Source: Oceanispirochaeta sp. (lineage in GTDB: Bacteria > Spirochaetota > Spirochaetia > DSM-2461). From it: a stretch of 64,000 nucleotides of DNA. Under the pieces are notes generated by a model, which saw only the letters and a list, made by a program, of their open reading frames with translations, was not told the origin of the DNA and made no database searches. Location: assembly GCA_963666275.2 (NCBI GenBank), contig CAXXOA010000001.1:2080001-2144000 (forward strand). The letters run 5' to 3'. Positions 1 to 10,243 of the stretch are shown here, piece by piece (within the stretch, counting starts at the first letter, position 1; the number at the start of each line of letters is the position of its first letter). A program made the translations under genes and the position numbers.

Positions 1-630
1 AAAAACCCGGGATGCGCCTTTACCTATTCGGAGCCCCTTATCCACTATGAATACCTGATGGACGCAGCAGAAGCCCTTCACAGGGAAGGATTGAAGGCAT
101 TGCTCGTTACCAACGGGTACATCAATTCCATGCCGGGAGAAAAACTGGCCGAACGGATGGATGCTGTGAAAGTGGATCTCAAAGGGTTCACCCCCGAGTG
201 GTACAAAAAAGAACTGAAAGGCGGCCTTTCTCCTGTAAAGGAGTTTATCCGGATCTGTGCGGAAAAGACCCATCTGGAAGTGGTGACTCTGATCATTCCC
301 GGAAAAAACGATTCCCTTGAGGAGATTGAAGCATCCTCCCGGTTTCTGGGATCCATCAGCAGATCCATCCCCTATCATCTGACAGCCTACTACCCCAATT
401 ATCATTACAGCATTCCCCAAACAAAAGAAACAGTGCTTCTGAAACTGGCTGCCCATGCAAGAGAAAATCTGGATCACGTCTATACAGGCAACCTGGGACT
501 GGAGAATCCTACGTTCTGCAGCAGCTGCGGGAAAACTCTTATTGACAGGACTTCGGGATCCGTCAGTTTTCCCGGACTGGAGGAGGGAGTTTGCCGGCAC
601 TGCAGAACTCCTTTATACGGGTGTTTCTGA
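1..630 (+). CDS. AmmeMemoRadiSam-type (PflA-like) radical SAM enzyme, 5'-truncated by window edge
   Basis: Frame is open from base 1 (KNPGCAFTYSEPLIHYEYLM...). It carries AFTYSEP, VTNGYI, VDLKGF and a C-terminal CxxC...CxxC, typical of this family. The CxxxCxxC motif would lie upstream of the window. Confidence 0.8.
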   Translation, partial: KNPGCAFTYSEPLIHYEYLMDAAEALHREGLKALLVTNGYINSMPGEKLAERMDAVKVDLKGFTPEWYKKELKGGLSPVKEFIRICAEKTHLEVVTLIIPGKNDSLEEIEASSRFLGSISRSIPYHLTAYYPNYHYSIPQTKETVLLKLAAHARENLDHVYTGNLGLENPTFCSSCGKTLIDRTSGSVSFPGLEEGVCRHCRTPLYGCF

Positions 631-647
631 TTTTTTTTCCATATGAG

Positions 648-676
648 TTGACAGTTTTTTCACAGTTTTGTATAGT
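648..676 (+). promoter_or_regulatory. sigma70-type promoter of tRNA-Asn
   Basis: TTGACA(648-653), 17-bp spacer, TATAGT(671-676), about 20 nt upstream of the tRNA. Confidence 0.8.
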
Positions 677-695
677 ACCACTCGTTACTTGATAT

Positions 696-768
696 TCCCC
701 TGTAGCTCAGTCGGTAGAGCGGGTGGCTGTTAACCACCATGTCAGCAGTTCGAGTCTGTTCGGGGGAG
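696..768 (+). tRNA. tRNA-Asn (GTT), CCA not encoded
   Basis: Cloverleaf: acceptor TCCCCTG/CGGGGGA, D-arm GCTC-AGTCGGTA-GAGC, anticodon arm GGTGG-CTGTTAA-CCACC, T-loop GTTCGAGTC. Confidence 0.97.
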
Positions 769-772
769 CTTT

Positions 773-803
773 AAAGCCTTACTTTGTAAGGCTTTATTTT
801 TTT
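773..803 (+). terminator. Intrinsic terminator after tRNA
   Basis: AAAGCCTTAC-TTT-GTAAGGCTTT hairpin followed by a T run. Confidence 0.8.
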
Positions 804-949
804 ATAATCCCTGAAAGCCTTCCATGGTAAAGATGCCTTCCTCCGACAGATCAGACAGGGATTTTTTTTTCTGCATTTTTCAAGGGTTCCCTCCTTTTTT
901 TCTTTCCTCCCGCCCCGCTGTCTCTTACAATTGAATACAGAGGTATGCC

Positions 950-2617
950 ATGAAAAAATATTACATCAGAAAATCCCCGCAGGAAGAACCGACAGTTATC
1001 CGGGCCAGTCAGATCCTGGGCCTCTTTTTTTCTGAGAAGGAAAAGCTTTCCAAAGGGTATCCCCTGGTGGCTCTCCGACTGAACAATGAAATCTACTCCC
1101 TCAATGCCCATCCGGACATGAACGGAATTGCTGCGCCCATCTACCTGAACAGCTCAGACGGGATCCGTCTTTACAGACGCAGTCTCTGCTATCTCCTCGA
1201 AATGGCAGCCAGAGACCTTTTTCCTGAAAGAAGACTCATCCTGAGTCACTCACTGGGGCACAGTTACTACTATCACACCTTCAGGGAACCCAACTTTACG
1301 GAGCAGGAAATCGAAGCCATAAAAAAAAGAATGAATCAGATGGTTTCAGAAAACCGGGAGATATCGCCGGATACTGTCAACTGGCAGGAAGCCATGGACT
1401 ACTTCACCGGAACGAATCAGGAAGATACGGTCTCCCTGCTTGAACAGAAGAGTCAGAGCCGTATTGCCGTTAACAGGACCGGAGACTATATATCACTCAG
1501 ACATGAGTGCCTTCTGCCCGCAACGGGACTTTTGAACTGCTTTGACCTGATCCCCTACACCAACGGTTTTCTGCTCCATTACCCCGGCAGCAATGACCCT
1601 ATGAATCTCCAGCCTTTCAGGGATGAACCTCTCCTGTTCTCCATCTATCAGGAATATAAAGCCTGGGGAAAGATTCTCAATACCAACACGGCGGGCAAAC
1701 TCAACGCCATGACAAGCAGTAAAAGGGAAACAACCCATTTTATCAGGGTTGCCGAATCCCTCCATAACAAAAAAATCGCCCATATAGCCGATCAGGTTCT
1801 AGCCCGGAAAGGGGATGTCAGAGTCATAATGATTGCCGGTCCCTCCTCATCGGGAAAGACGACATTTACCAAAAAGCTCTGCATTCAGCTCCAGGTAGTC
1901 GGCTTCAATCCCATTATGGTGTCCCTGGATGACTATTATCTGCCTCATGAGAGGGTTCCCATAGATGAGTTCGGAAAACCTGACTTTGAAGCCCTGGAGG
2001 CCCTGGATGTGCCTCTGCTGAATCACAACCTTCTTCAGCTGTTCTCGGGAAAGGAAACTGAATTCCCCATATTCGATTTCAGGAAAGGAGGACGCCTTGA
2101 AAAGGGAAGACTTCTTAAAATGGATGAGAGAAGCATCCTTGTGATGGAAGGGATCCATGGGCTGAACAGCCATCTGACACCTGATATTCCCGATGACATG
2201 AAGTTTAGAATCTATATTTCAGCCCTCACCCAGCTGAACCTGGATGATCATAACAGGATATCCACCACAGACAACAGACTGATAAGGAGGATTGTCCGGG
2301 ATCATCAGTTCAGAGACTATGATGCCTTGAAGACGATTCGTATCTGGCCCTCCGTACGGAGAGGAGAGGACAAAAATATTTTTCCCAACCAGTCTCAGGC
2401 GGATATTGCCTTCAACTCGGCTCTGGATTATGAACTGGCTGTGCTTAAAGTGTATGCGGAGCCTCTGATTAGAAGTATTCACCCTGATAAGGAGGAGTAT
2501 TCAGAAGCCAGGAGGCTCCTCTCTTTTCTGAATAATTTCTCCCCCATACCATCCTATATGGTCCCGGATGACTCGATCCTGAGGGAGTTTATAGGTAACA
2601 GCAGCTTCAAGTATTAA
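950..2617 (+). CDS. Nucleoside (uridine) kinase with N-terminal ThrRS-like TGS/editing-fold domain
   Basis: P-loop AGPSSSGKTT, SLDDYY, EGIHGLN, RLIRRIVRD in the C-terminal half. The N-terminal half resembles ThrRS N1/N2 domains. Confidence 0.88.
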   Translation: MKKYYIRKSPQEEPTVIRASQILGLFFSEKEKLSKGYPLVALRLNNEIYSLNAHPDMNGIAAPIYLNSSDGIRLYRRSLCYLLEMAARDLFPERRLILSHSLGHSYYYHTFREPNFTEQEIEAIKKRMNQMVSENREISPDTVNWQEAMDYFTGTNQEDTVSLLEQKSQSRIAVNRTGDYISLRHECLLPATGLLNCFDLIPYTNGFLLHYPGSNDPMNLQPFRDEPLLFSIYQEYKAWGKILNTNTAGKLNAMTSSKRETTHFIRVAESLHNKKIAHIADQVLARKGDVRVIMIAGPSSSGKTTFTKKLCIQLQVVGFNPIMVSLDDYYLPHERVPIDEFGKPDFEALEALDVPLLNHNLLQLFSGKETEFPIFDFRKGGRLEKGRLLKMDERSILVMEGIHGLNSHLTPDIPDDMKFRIYISALTQLNLDDHNRISTTDNRLIRRIVRDHQFRDYDALKTIRIWPSVRRGEDKNIFPNQSQADIAFNSALDYELAVLKVYAEPLIRSIHPDKEEYSEARRLLSFLNNFSPIPSYMVPDDSILREFIGNSSFKY

Positions 2618-5568
2618 TCCCTGACATCCAGCTCCGGAAGAATTTCTTCCGGCGGCGTCAGGAGATCCGGTTCCGCTTCCGAAAGGGACTCATCGGCAGA
2701 TTCCTCTGCGGGAGCAGCAATTTCCCCTGCTTTCAGAGCCCATTCAGAATCAGGATACTCTGAAATAAGCATCTCCCTGGTTCTTTCGGAACTCTGGGAG
2801 TCTCCGGCCAGGCGATAGGCTGTTACGGCTTCATACATGGCTTCTGCAATCCAGCTGTGCTCATTGGGAAAACGGTAGCGGATCCGAAGAAAGGCATCGG
2901 CAGCGTTTTTCCACATCTCCTGATCCAGAAGGATTCCGGCCAGTGTAAACTGAGCCCGGGCTGCTATATCTGAAGTGGCTTTGTCTACCAGGGGTTTCAG
3001 AAAGATTTCCGCATTGGCATAATCGCCGTTCTGATAGAAGTGCAGCCCCTTATACAGGGAGATCCTGTTCTGCAGTTCATCACTCAGATTGTCTCGTAAT
3101 CCCATATCATTAAGCCTGTTGATGGTAGCTTCTTCTTTCAGAGTTAAAGAGAGCAGAGCCAGTTCGATCTGATCCGACCCGTTTTCATCAATCACGGGAA
3201 GTGCCTGAATCTGACGAATCTGATCAATCATCTTCTCATTCACCCTGTTCTCCCCGAGAACTCCCACGATCTGACTGACGATGAGCTGAGCCTTCTCACC
3301 GGAGGGATATGCCGTCAGATACTCTTTCATAAGAAGGAATTTTTCCGACAGATTTTCTGTGAACGACAGAGCCCTGTAGAGAGCCGTTTCGGCAAGGGGA
3401 TTGTCCGGAAACAGATAATAGAGCTGCTGATAGGCATAAACTGCAGATTCGGTTTTTTCCCTGTCCATAAAAACTTCCGCAGCCCTGAAAAGGCCGTCCG
3501 GGGGAAGTGGACTGTCGGGAAACTCATTCTGAAGTCCCTTCAGGTATTCCATGGCAGCTGTAAAATCTTCAAGCATAAAATGAGACCAGGCTATCTGATA
3601 GAGAAGTTCCTCCCGCATTGAGGCATAATCGATCTTTTCCAGTGCCGGGAGATAGCGGTCCAGAGAGGATTTCCACTCTTCCAGATAGGAGAGCGCCAGC
3701 CCGGACCTGTAGAGACTGTCCCCTGCCAGAATATTTTCAGGATAGGCGGAAGCCAGTGTATCGAAGCTGAGAGATGCGTCTCTGAACTGGGAAAGCCTCA
3801 TATAACTCCATCCCAGCTGATACAGAGATTCGGCGTGTCTGTCAGGATAGGATGCCAGATCGGCGGCACTTCTGTAGAAAGAGGCGGCATCCATATACCG
3901 GCCCCGGTCCATGGAGATTTTACCCAGATAGAAATAGGCATCCCCCTTCCAGTATACAGGACCTTCCGTTTCGATAATGGAAGTAAAAACCCTGACGGCC
4001 TCATCGTTATCACCTATATTGAGACTGCAGATTCCCGATGACAGCAGAGCTCTGTAGTAAAGCTCTCCGGGATCTGAATTATCCAGAATAGCAGTAAAGT
4101 AGCCTTTGGCCCTGTTAAACTCTTTCCTGACCGTGTAGATATAACCGATTCTGTAACGGGCTTCGTTTCTCAAGGAAAGCTCCGTCCGATCCAGATTCAG
4201 GATGTTCTGATAGTACTGAAGGGCTCCGTTGTAGTCCTTTTCACGGTAGGCGATATTCCCTCTCATGTAGAGATAAAGCTCTTTTTTCTCTGTCTGGGGA
4301 TAATCGGTGAGCATCCTGTCCAGGTGATTCTTCAGAGCCAGATCCTGGGTATTGGAATCGTAGTAGACAGCCATCCATTCGCCCACAAGCTCCCTGTAGG
4401 AGCTCTTCTTGTACTGATTGAAGAGTTTTTCATAGAGCAGAATAGTTCTCTCTTTCTCACCCTGCTCATCGTATATCCTGCCGCTTTCATAAAGACTTTC
4501 CGCTGCAATATCGGGATCAAGCCCCTTTGATGCCAGCAGATACCACTCCAGAGATTTATCCGGATTATCCGGCCAGGTCCGGGCAAGATTATACTGGATT
4601 TTCTGAACCTCCAGCGGATCCGTCTGGGAGGCCAGTAGTTTTTTCAGAGAATCTCTGGCCGTTTCAAGTTCACCAGAAAGCATATATCCTTCGGCCAGAA
4701 CAATCAGAGCATCCATAGCATAGGGGCTGTCGGGATAATCGTCATTCAGAAGAGTCATGTACTCTTTGGCGGCATCAAAATTGTCATTCAGGGCATAGAG
4801 GCTGCCCAGGCGGAATATTGCTTTTTCCCTGTTTTCCGAATCGGCATAGAGGCTCAGGAAGGATTCAAACTTCTGGATGCTCTGCTCCTGATCGCCCAGG
4901 AGATAATAGCACTCTCCCATATAGAAGGGGATCTCTTTGAGCAGCTGGGGAACATCCCTGTAATTGACTGTAAGATCCGAAAAGATTTCCAGGGCTTTTG
5001 CGTACTCTTCCCTGTCCATATAAAGGACTCCCTGCCTCTCCAGAGACTGGGCGGCTATGGTCTTGTCGGGATTTGTATCAATAAGCTTCTGATAGGACTC
5101 AATGGCCAGAGCGGACTGACCTGTTTTTTCGTAACAGTATCCCAGAAACTGATAGCTCTTCTGAAGAAAGTAGATCTCATCTGTAAATTCTGTCTGCCTA
5201 TTGAAATCATCGATGGCATTATTAAAATCCTCAGAGGCATAGCGGCTGATTCCCATCCAGTAGTGGATACGTTTGAGATAGGCTGAGCCCGGGTATTTTT
5301 TGTCGAAATCCGAGAAATACCGTATGGTCCTGTCGAACTGTTTGAGATAAAAGTAGGAGACCCCGATCATATAGTCTGCCTGATCCACCCGGGGATCATC
5401 GGGGTAGCGGCTTATAAACTCATTGAAACTGCCCACTGCACGGGAGAACTGTTTTTCCGAAAAAGCCTGCCTTGCCTCCTGAAACAGAGCCGTACTCGTC
5501 TGCCCCCACAGAGTTGCAGCCGAGAATATAATTGCGCAGAGTAGTATAGCCGTTTTCTTCAAGTTCAT
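2614..5568 (-). CDS. Exported multi-TPR protein (BamD/YbgF-like repeats)
   Basis: N-terminal signal peptide; many TPR helices (A.Y..G..Y; YPDS.YA motifs); acidic tail. Confidence 0.85.
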   Translation of the reverse strand: MNLKKTAILLCAIIFSAATLWGQTSTALFQEARQAFSEKQFSRAVGSFNEFISRYPDDPRVDQADYMIGVSYFYLKQFDRTIRYFSDFDKKYPGSAYLKRIHYWMGISRYASEDFNNAIDDFNRQTEFTDEIYFLQKSYQFLGYCYEKTGQSALAIESYQKLIDTNPDKTIAAQSLERQGVLYMDREEYAKALEIFSDLTVNYRDVPQLLKEIPFYMGECYYLLGDQEQSIQKFESFLSLYADSENREKAIFRLGSLYALNDNFDAAKEYMTLLNDDYPDSPYAMDALIVLAEGYMLSGELETARDSLKKLLASQTDPLEVQKIQYNLARTWPDNPDKSLEWYLLASKGLDPDIAAESLYESGRIYDEQGEKERTILLYEKLFNQYKKSSYRELVGEWMAVYYDSNTQDLALKNHLDRMLTDYPQTEKKELYLYMRGNIAYREKDYNGALQYYQNILNLDRTELSLRNEARYRIGYIYTVRKEFNRAKGYFTAILDNSDPGELYYRALLSSGICSLNIGDNDEAVRVFTSIIETEGPVYWKGDAYFYLGKISMDRGRYMDAASFYRSAADLASYPDRHAESLYQLGWSYMRLSQFRDASLSFDTLASAYPENILAGDSLYRSGLALSYLEEWKSSLDRYLPALEKIDYASMREELLYQIAWSHFMLEDFTAAMEYLKGLQNEFPDSPLPPDGLFRAAEVFMDREKTESAVYAYQQLYYLFPDNPLAETALYRALSFTENLSEKFLLMKEYLTAYPSGEKAQLIVSQIVGVLGENRVNEKMIDQIRQIQALPVIDENGSDQIELALLSLTLKEEATINRLNDMGLRDNLSDELQNRISLYKGLHFYQNGDYANAEIFLKPLVDKATSDIAARAQFTLAGILLDQEMWKNAADAFLRIRYRFPNEHSWIAEAMYEAVTAYRLAGDSQSSERTREMLISEYPDSEWALKAGEIAAPAEESADESLSEAEPDLLTPPEEILPELDVRD

Positions 5569-5580
5569 TCTCCCGGAATA

Positions 5581-8061
5581 TCAGTCTTTTTTGATTGCTT
5601 TCGCTTTGTCTTTCGGACGCATGGAGATCTTTCCTCCCCGGTACTCGCAGGACACTGTGGAGCCTTCCGGAAATTTTCCATTCAGTATCCCTATGGACAG
5701 GGGATCTTCGATCTCCTTCTGTACAGCCCGCCTCAGCGGCCGGGCTCCATAGACAACATCATACCACTGACTGATCAAATGGTCTTTCACTTTTGCTGAA
5801 ATATCCAGGCCCATATTCTGCTGCTGCAGTCTCTCACGGACCTCCTGAATCATAAGATCCAGTACGGACATAATTTCCTTCTCATTGAGAGAGTGAAACA
5901 TACAGATTTCATCGATCCGGTTCAGGAATTCCGGTCTGAAAAGCCTTTTCAGTTCATTCATGGCTGTAGATTTCTGCTGATCCGGTGCGATAAGACCGGT
6001 CTGCTGAAATCCGGGGGAAGTTCTGGCCATCTCACGGGCTCCCACATTGGAAGTCATAATGACCACGGTATTCTTGAAGGAGATCCGGTGTCCCAGATTA
6101 TCCTGCAGTTCCCCCTCTTCCAGTACCTGAAGGAGCAGGTTGAACACATCCATATGAGCCTTTTCAATCTCATCGAGGAGTATAACACTATAGGGCTGAC
6201 GGCGGATTTTTTCGGTCAGCATTCCCCCTTCCTCATACCCCACATATCCGGGAGGAGAGCCTACGAGACGGGACACGTTGTGTTTCTCCATAAAATCCGA
6301 CATATCGATCCGAACAAGAGACTCTTCCGATCCGAACAGGAATTTAGCCAGGGTCTTGGCCAGCAGGGTTTTTCCCACACCAGTGGGCCCCAGAAAGATA
6401 AAGGAACCCAGCGGACGGGCGGGAGAATTCAGCCCTGTCCGGGAGCGCCTGATGGCGGAGGCAACAGTTTTTATTGCCTCATCCTGTCCGATCACTGTCT
6501 TGTGAAGTTCGTCTTCAATGTAAAGGAGTTTTTCCGACTCACTGCGCACAAGCTGATTCAGGGGAATCCCTGTGTTTTCACTGATAATATTCTGTATATC
6601 CGTGATCTCTATAAGATTGTGTTCTTCTCTGAGAGTTTTCCGCCAGTCATCTTTCATCCGCTCGATTTCCGCCCTGAGAGAGCGGACATTGTCTCTGACA
6701 GAAGCGGCTTTCTCATAATTCTGAGCATTGACAAAGGAGATTTTCTCTGCGGTCAGACGGGCAATTTTATCTTCCAGATCTGATATTTCCACAGGCTGGA
6801 CGGCATTGCTCATCCGTTTTCCCGCCCCGGCCTCATCAAGCAGGTCGATGGCCTTATCGGGAAGACAGCGGTCGGTAATGTAACGGGAGGAGAGTTCCAC
6901 AGCCCCTTTGATGGCTTCCTCTGAGTAGGTCACATTGTGATGGTCCTCGTAGCGCTGCCGGATCCCCTGGAGGATATTGATGGTTTCATCTACCGAAGGC
7001 TCTTCCACAAGCACGCTCTGAAAGCGACGCTCCAGAGCCGGATCCTTCTCGATATGTTTTTTGTATTCATTCAGAGTGGTTGCTCCGATGCACTGCAGTT
7101 CCCCCCGGGAAAGTGCCGGTTTCAGCATATTCGAGGCGTCGATAGCCCCCTCAGCGCCTCCGGCCCCGATGATTGTATGCAGTTCATCGATAAAAAGGAT
7201 TATATTACCGCTCTGTTCTATCTCTTTGAGAATCTTTTTCAGACGTTCTTCAAACTCACCGCGGTATTTTGTTCCTGCCACGATAGAGGCCAGATCAAGA
7301 CTGATGACTTTTTTACCGCTGAAAAAGTCAGGTGCCGTTCCATCCTGGATTCTGATAGCCAGTCCTTCGACAACGGCTGTTTTTCCCACTCCCGGTTCCC
7401 CGATCAGAACAGGATTGTTCTTTGTCCTTCTGGCCAGGATCCGGAGAACCCTGTTTATTTCAATATCCCTTCCGATCACAGGATCCAGAAGATTTTCTGC
7501 TGCCATGGCCGTAAGATCCCGGGAAAATTCCTTCAGAAGATTAGGAACATCCCGCACCCCCTGGGAAGAGTTGAGTTTTATACTCTGAGGCGGGATCTCC
7601 TTGTTCTGAGGTTTCTGCCGTTTCCGGTTGATATCATAGAGGACACTCCTCAGAATTTCCGTGGTGATATTATAGGCCGAGAGGTACATGGCAGTAGAGC
7701 TTCCCGGTTCACCGGCGCCGGCAATAATGAAGTGCTCTGTTCCTATAAACTCATGATGCAGAGCTGTAGCTTCGTTGGCCGCGCTTTCCAGCAGAAACCT
7801 CAGGCGGCTGGAAGGAGGCACTTCTCCCACGGTCAGGTTGACATATTCGGAATTGGGAATGGATTTTTCCAGTTCCTCCTGCATCTCCCTTATATTAATC
7901 CCCAGTTTCCTGAGCAGATGAAATCCGCTGCCCTCTTTGTCTTTGAGAACAGCCAGTATGACATGCTCGGGTAGGAGTTTTTCCGATCTTAATCTTTTTG
8001 CTTCTTCCTGCGCCAGAACAGATAAGACTCTCTGGGCTTCACGACTCAGTCCTTTAAGCAT
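5581..8061 (-). CDS. clpC: ATP-dependent Clp protease ATPase subunit ClpC
   Basis: Clp-N repeats; two AAA+ modules ([16 protein letters not shown]); short UVR-type middle coiled coil; GARPLRR. Confidence 0.93.
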   Translation of the reverse strand: MLKGLSREAQRVLSVLAQEEAKRLRSEKLLPEHVILAVLKDKEGSGFHLLRKLGINIREMQEELEKSIPNSEYVNLTVGEVPPSSRLRFLLESAANEATALHHEFIGTEHFIIAGAGEPGSSTAMYLSAYNITTEILRSVLYDINRKRQKPQNKEIPPQSIKLNSSQGVRDVPNLLKEFSRDLTAMAAENLLDPVIGRDIEINRVLRILARRTKNNPVLIGEPGVGKTAVVEGLAIRIQDGTAPDFFSGKKVISLDLASIVAGTKYRGEFEERLKKILKEIEQSGNIILFIDELHTIIGAGGAEGAIDASNMLKPALSRGELQCIGATTLNEYKKHIEKDPALERRFQSVLVEEPSVDETINILQGIRQRYEDHHNVTYSEEAIKGAVELSSRYITDRCLPDKAIDLLDEAGAGKRMSNAVQPVEISDLEDKIARLTAEKISFVNAQNYEKAASVRDNVRSLRAEIERMKDDWRKTLREEHNLIEITDIQNIISENTGIPLNQLVRSESEKLLYIEDELHKTVIGQDEAIKTVASAIRRSRTGLNSPARPLGSFIFLGPTGVGKTLLAKTLAKFLFGSEESLVRIDMSDFMEKHNVSRLVGSPPGYVGYEEGGMLTEKIRRQPYSVILLDEIEKAHMDVFNLLLQVLEEGELQDNLGHRISFKNTVVIMTSNVGAREMARTSPGFQQTGLIAPDQQKSTAMNELKRLFRPEFLNRIDEICMFHSLNEKEIMSVLDLMIQEVRERLQQQNMGLDISAKVKDHLISQWYDVVYGARPLRRAVQKEIEDPLSIGILNGKFPEGSTVSCEYRGGKISMRPKDKAKAIKKD

Positions 8062-8201
8062 TGCAACCTCACAAAATAAGGTAACGGAGAATTTCTCCGT
8101 TTATATAAGTGTATTAAATTCTGCCACAAGGGTACAGTTTTTTTGAAAAACAGAGGATTTTTCTCATAAAAAACAGGACATTGACTACCAAAACGTCTGA
8201 A

Positions 8202-9503
8202 TCAGTGCTTTCTGAGGATATCCAGCGGTTTTATCCGTGCCGCTTTACGGGCGGGGATATAGGAAGCCCCCATGGAGAGAAGCACTGTCAGAAGGAAAAT
8301 GGCGAAAATCACGGAAAAGCGGATCTCCACAGGGATCTCATCCAGATAGTAGGCTCTGTTGAGAAGCTCCACCTGTCCCCCGTCGGAAGGACGGTTCATA
8401 ACAAACTGAAAGGCATCGCGAATCCCGTTGATACAGGATTCGAGAAAACGCAGGATCTGATTGAGATAAAGGGAAATAAAGCACCCTGCAGCAATGCCTC
8501 CCAGACTGCCCGCCGCTCCGGCCATTCCGGCAGTCATCAGGTACTGGACAGAGAGAGTGCGGGGGGAGAGGCCCATACTTTTCTGGATTCCGATGGCCTG
8601 TTCGTTTTCCATGACAAGCATAACCATGGAAGAGGAGATATTCATAACCGCGACAAGCACAATCAGGACCATTATGAAAACAAGCAGAGTCCGGGTGGTT
8701 TCAAAGTTGCTCTGCTGGGAACGATTCAGGGTTTTCCATGTATAGATCCCCCATCGGCCCTTGAGAGAGGAATAAAGAGTTTCCTCTATGCCTGTCAAAT
8801 CCCCGTAGGGATCAGCTGTTTTCACTCCGATAATTGTCCGGGACTGATTATCCTGAAGGATCCTCAGAGACCGGCTGTAGGGAATCAGAATCCACATCCG
8901 GTCCAGATCCTGGTATCCGGTGGAGAAAATCCCTGTTACCCTGAACCGGGAGATTTTGGGAATATACTTCCCCGTTGAGAGGGTTTTTCCTGTTAAAAGT
9001 TTAATCTCATCTCCCGGATGAAGATCCAGTTTCCTTGCGGTTTCGCTGCCGATCATGGCAGAGTCCTCTCCGGTCAGGTCAAAATCCCCTTCCTGAATTT
9101 CCAGGTAGCGGCTGAACGCACTGTCTCTAAGGTAAATATCCGGTTCAAGGCCCCTTATGGATACTGCGGTTTCACTGGTGCCGGCAAAAGCCAGGCCCGT
9201 ACCCGTGTGCTCCAGGAATATGTTTTCAACCCCATCTGCCGCGGCCAGGGAGTCCCTGATCTCGCTGAAGGCGGCTTCATCGAGAGAGTCGTAGTTCCTT
9301 AGCTGTATGTGATAGGTGGATGTTTCAATGTAACGGTCGGTAATACCGCGGATCATTCCGTCAGACATGAACAGGACAACCACAAGGGGAATCATGCTCA
9401 AAGCGATACCCAGTACAGCTCCCAGTACAGGCCGGGAAGCCTGCTCGCCCCTCTGCCTGTTGAAGAAGAGGCGCCCCGCCATTTCAAATGCCAGCAGATT
9501 CAT
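8202..9503 (-). CDS. Lipoprotein-releasing ABC permease (LolE/LolC, FtsX/MacB family)
   Basis: One TM helix, a periplasmic domain, then three TM helices; IPARKAARIKPLDILR C-terminus; adjacent to lolD. Confidence 0.88.
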   Translation of the reverse strand: MNLLAFEMAGRLFFNRQRGEQASRPVLGAVLGIALSMIPLVVVLFMSDGMIRGITDRYIETSTYHIQLRNYDSLDEAAFSEIRDSLAAADGVENIFLEHTGTGLAFAGTSETAVSIRGLEPDIYLRDSAFSRYLEIQEGDFDLTGEDSAMIGSETARKLDLHPGDEIKLLTGKTLSTGKYIPKISRFRVTGIFSTGYQDLDRMWILIPYSRSLRILQDNQSRTIIGVKTADPYGDLTGIEETLYSSLKGRWGIYTWKTLNRSQQSNFETTRTLLVFIMVLIVLVAVMNISSSMVMLVMENEQAIGIQKSMGLSPRTLSVQYLMTAGMAGAAGSLGGIAAGCFISLYLNQILRFLESCINGIRDAFQFVMNRPSDGGQVELLNRAYYLDEIPVEIRFSVIFAIFLLTVLLSMGASYIPARKAARIKPLDILRKH

Positions 9504-10192
9504 GACAGGACCAGTCTCCCGCCATGGAGATGAAAGCGCCTGCGGCCCCTGTCGGCCAGCGCCTGATCATGGGTAACCAGAACGAGGGTCGTTCTTTCCT
9601 CTTCCGCGAGGCTGAAGAGAAGATCTTCCACAACCCTGGAATTTTTCTCATCAAGGCTTCCTGTAGGTTCATCTGCCAGAATAAGCGGAGGCCTGTTCAT
9701 AAGGGCCCTTGCCAGGGCAATCCTCTGGCGTTCTCCCCCTGAAAGCTGACCGGGATAGTGAAGCCCCCGCCGGGCCAGTCCGACTTTATCCAGAAGCTCC
9801 TCTGCCCTGTCCCGGACATCCTTCTTTTTAAGCCCCAGGATTCTTCCGGGCATCATGATGTTTTCCAGAGCGGTAAAATCTTTGAGAAGATAGTGAAACT
9901 GAAAGATAAAACCGGTTTTTTCGTTTCTGTACCGGGACAGCTCCACTTCGGCTTTTTCCGTAAGAGCCCAGTCACAGGAGAGGATTTCTCCCGAATCGGG
10001 CAGATCCAGCCCCCCTATGAGATTCAGCAGTGTACTTTTTCCGCTCCCGCTTTCGCCTGTGATGACGAGACTTTCCCCGGAAGCCACATCAAAAGTGACA
10101 TCATCCAGGATCAGAAGCGTATCTCTGCCGGACTGATAGGTTTTTGTTACGTTCTTCATGGAAAGGATATTCAATTCGCACTCCTGATTCAT
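9500..10192 (-). CDS. lolD: LolD-like ABC ATPase
   Basis: GESGSGKST, GFIFQFHYLL, LSGGERQR, ADEPTG. Confidence 0.88.
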   Translation of the reverse strand: MNQECELNILSMKNVTKTYQSGRDTLLILDDVTFDVASGESLVITGESGSGKSTLLNLIGGLDLPDSGEILSCDWALTEKAEVELSRYRNEKTGFIFQFHYLLKDFTALENIMMPGRILGLKKKDVRDRAEELLDKVGLARRGLHYPGQLSGGERQRIALARALMNRPPLILADEPTGSLDEKNSRVVEDLLFSLAEEERTTLVLVTHDQALADRGRRRFHLHGGRLVLS

Positions 10193-10243
10193 TAGAAAAT
10201 ACCGATCTGAAGAGAGAGGGTAATACTCCGCCTCCCTTCTCCT

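Noticed and set aside
696..950. tRNA-anchored genomic island
   Set aside because: No integrase, no duplicate of the tRNA 3' end noticed, and housekeeping genes follow
5893..7974. Long antisense ORFs over clpC (likewise 10658-11383, 19659-20531, 40513-41556, 46053-46844, 47001-47852, 59575-60312)
   Set aside because: Shadow frames of well-supported genes, with no motifs
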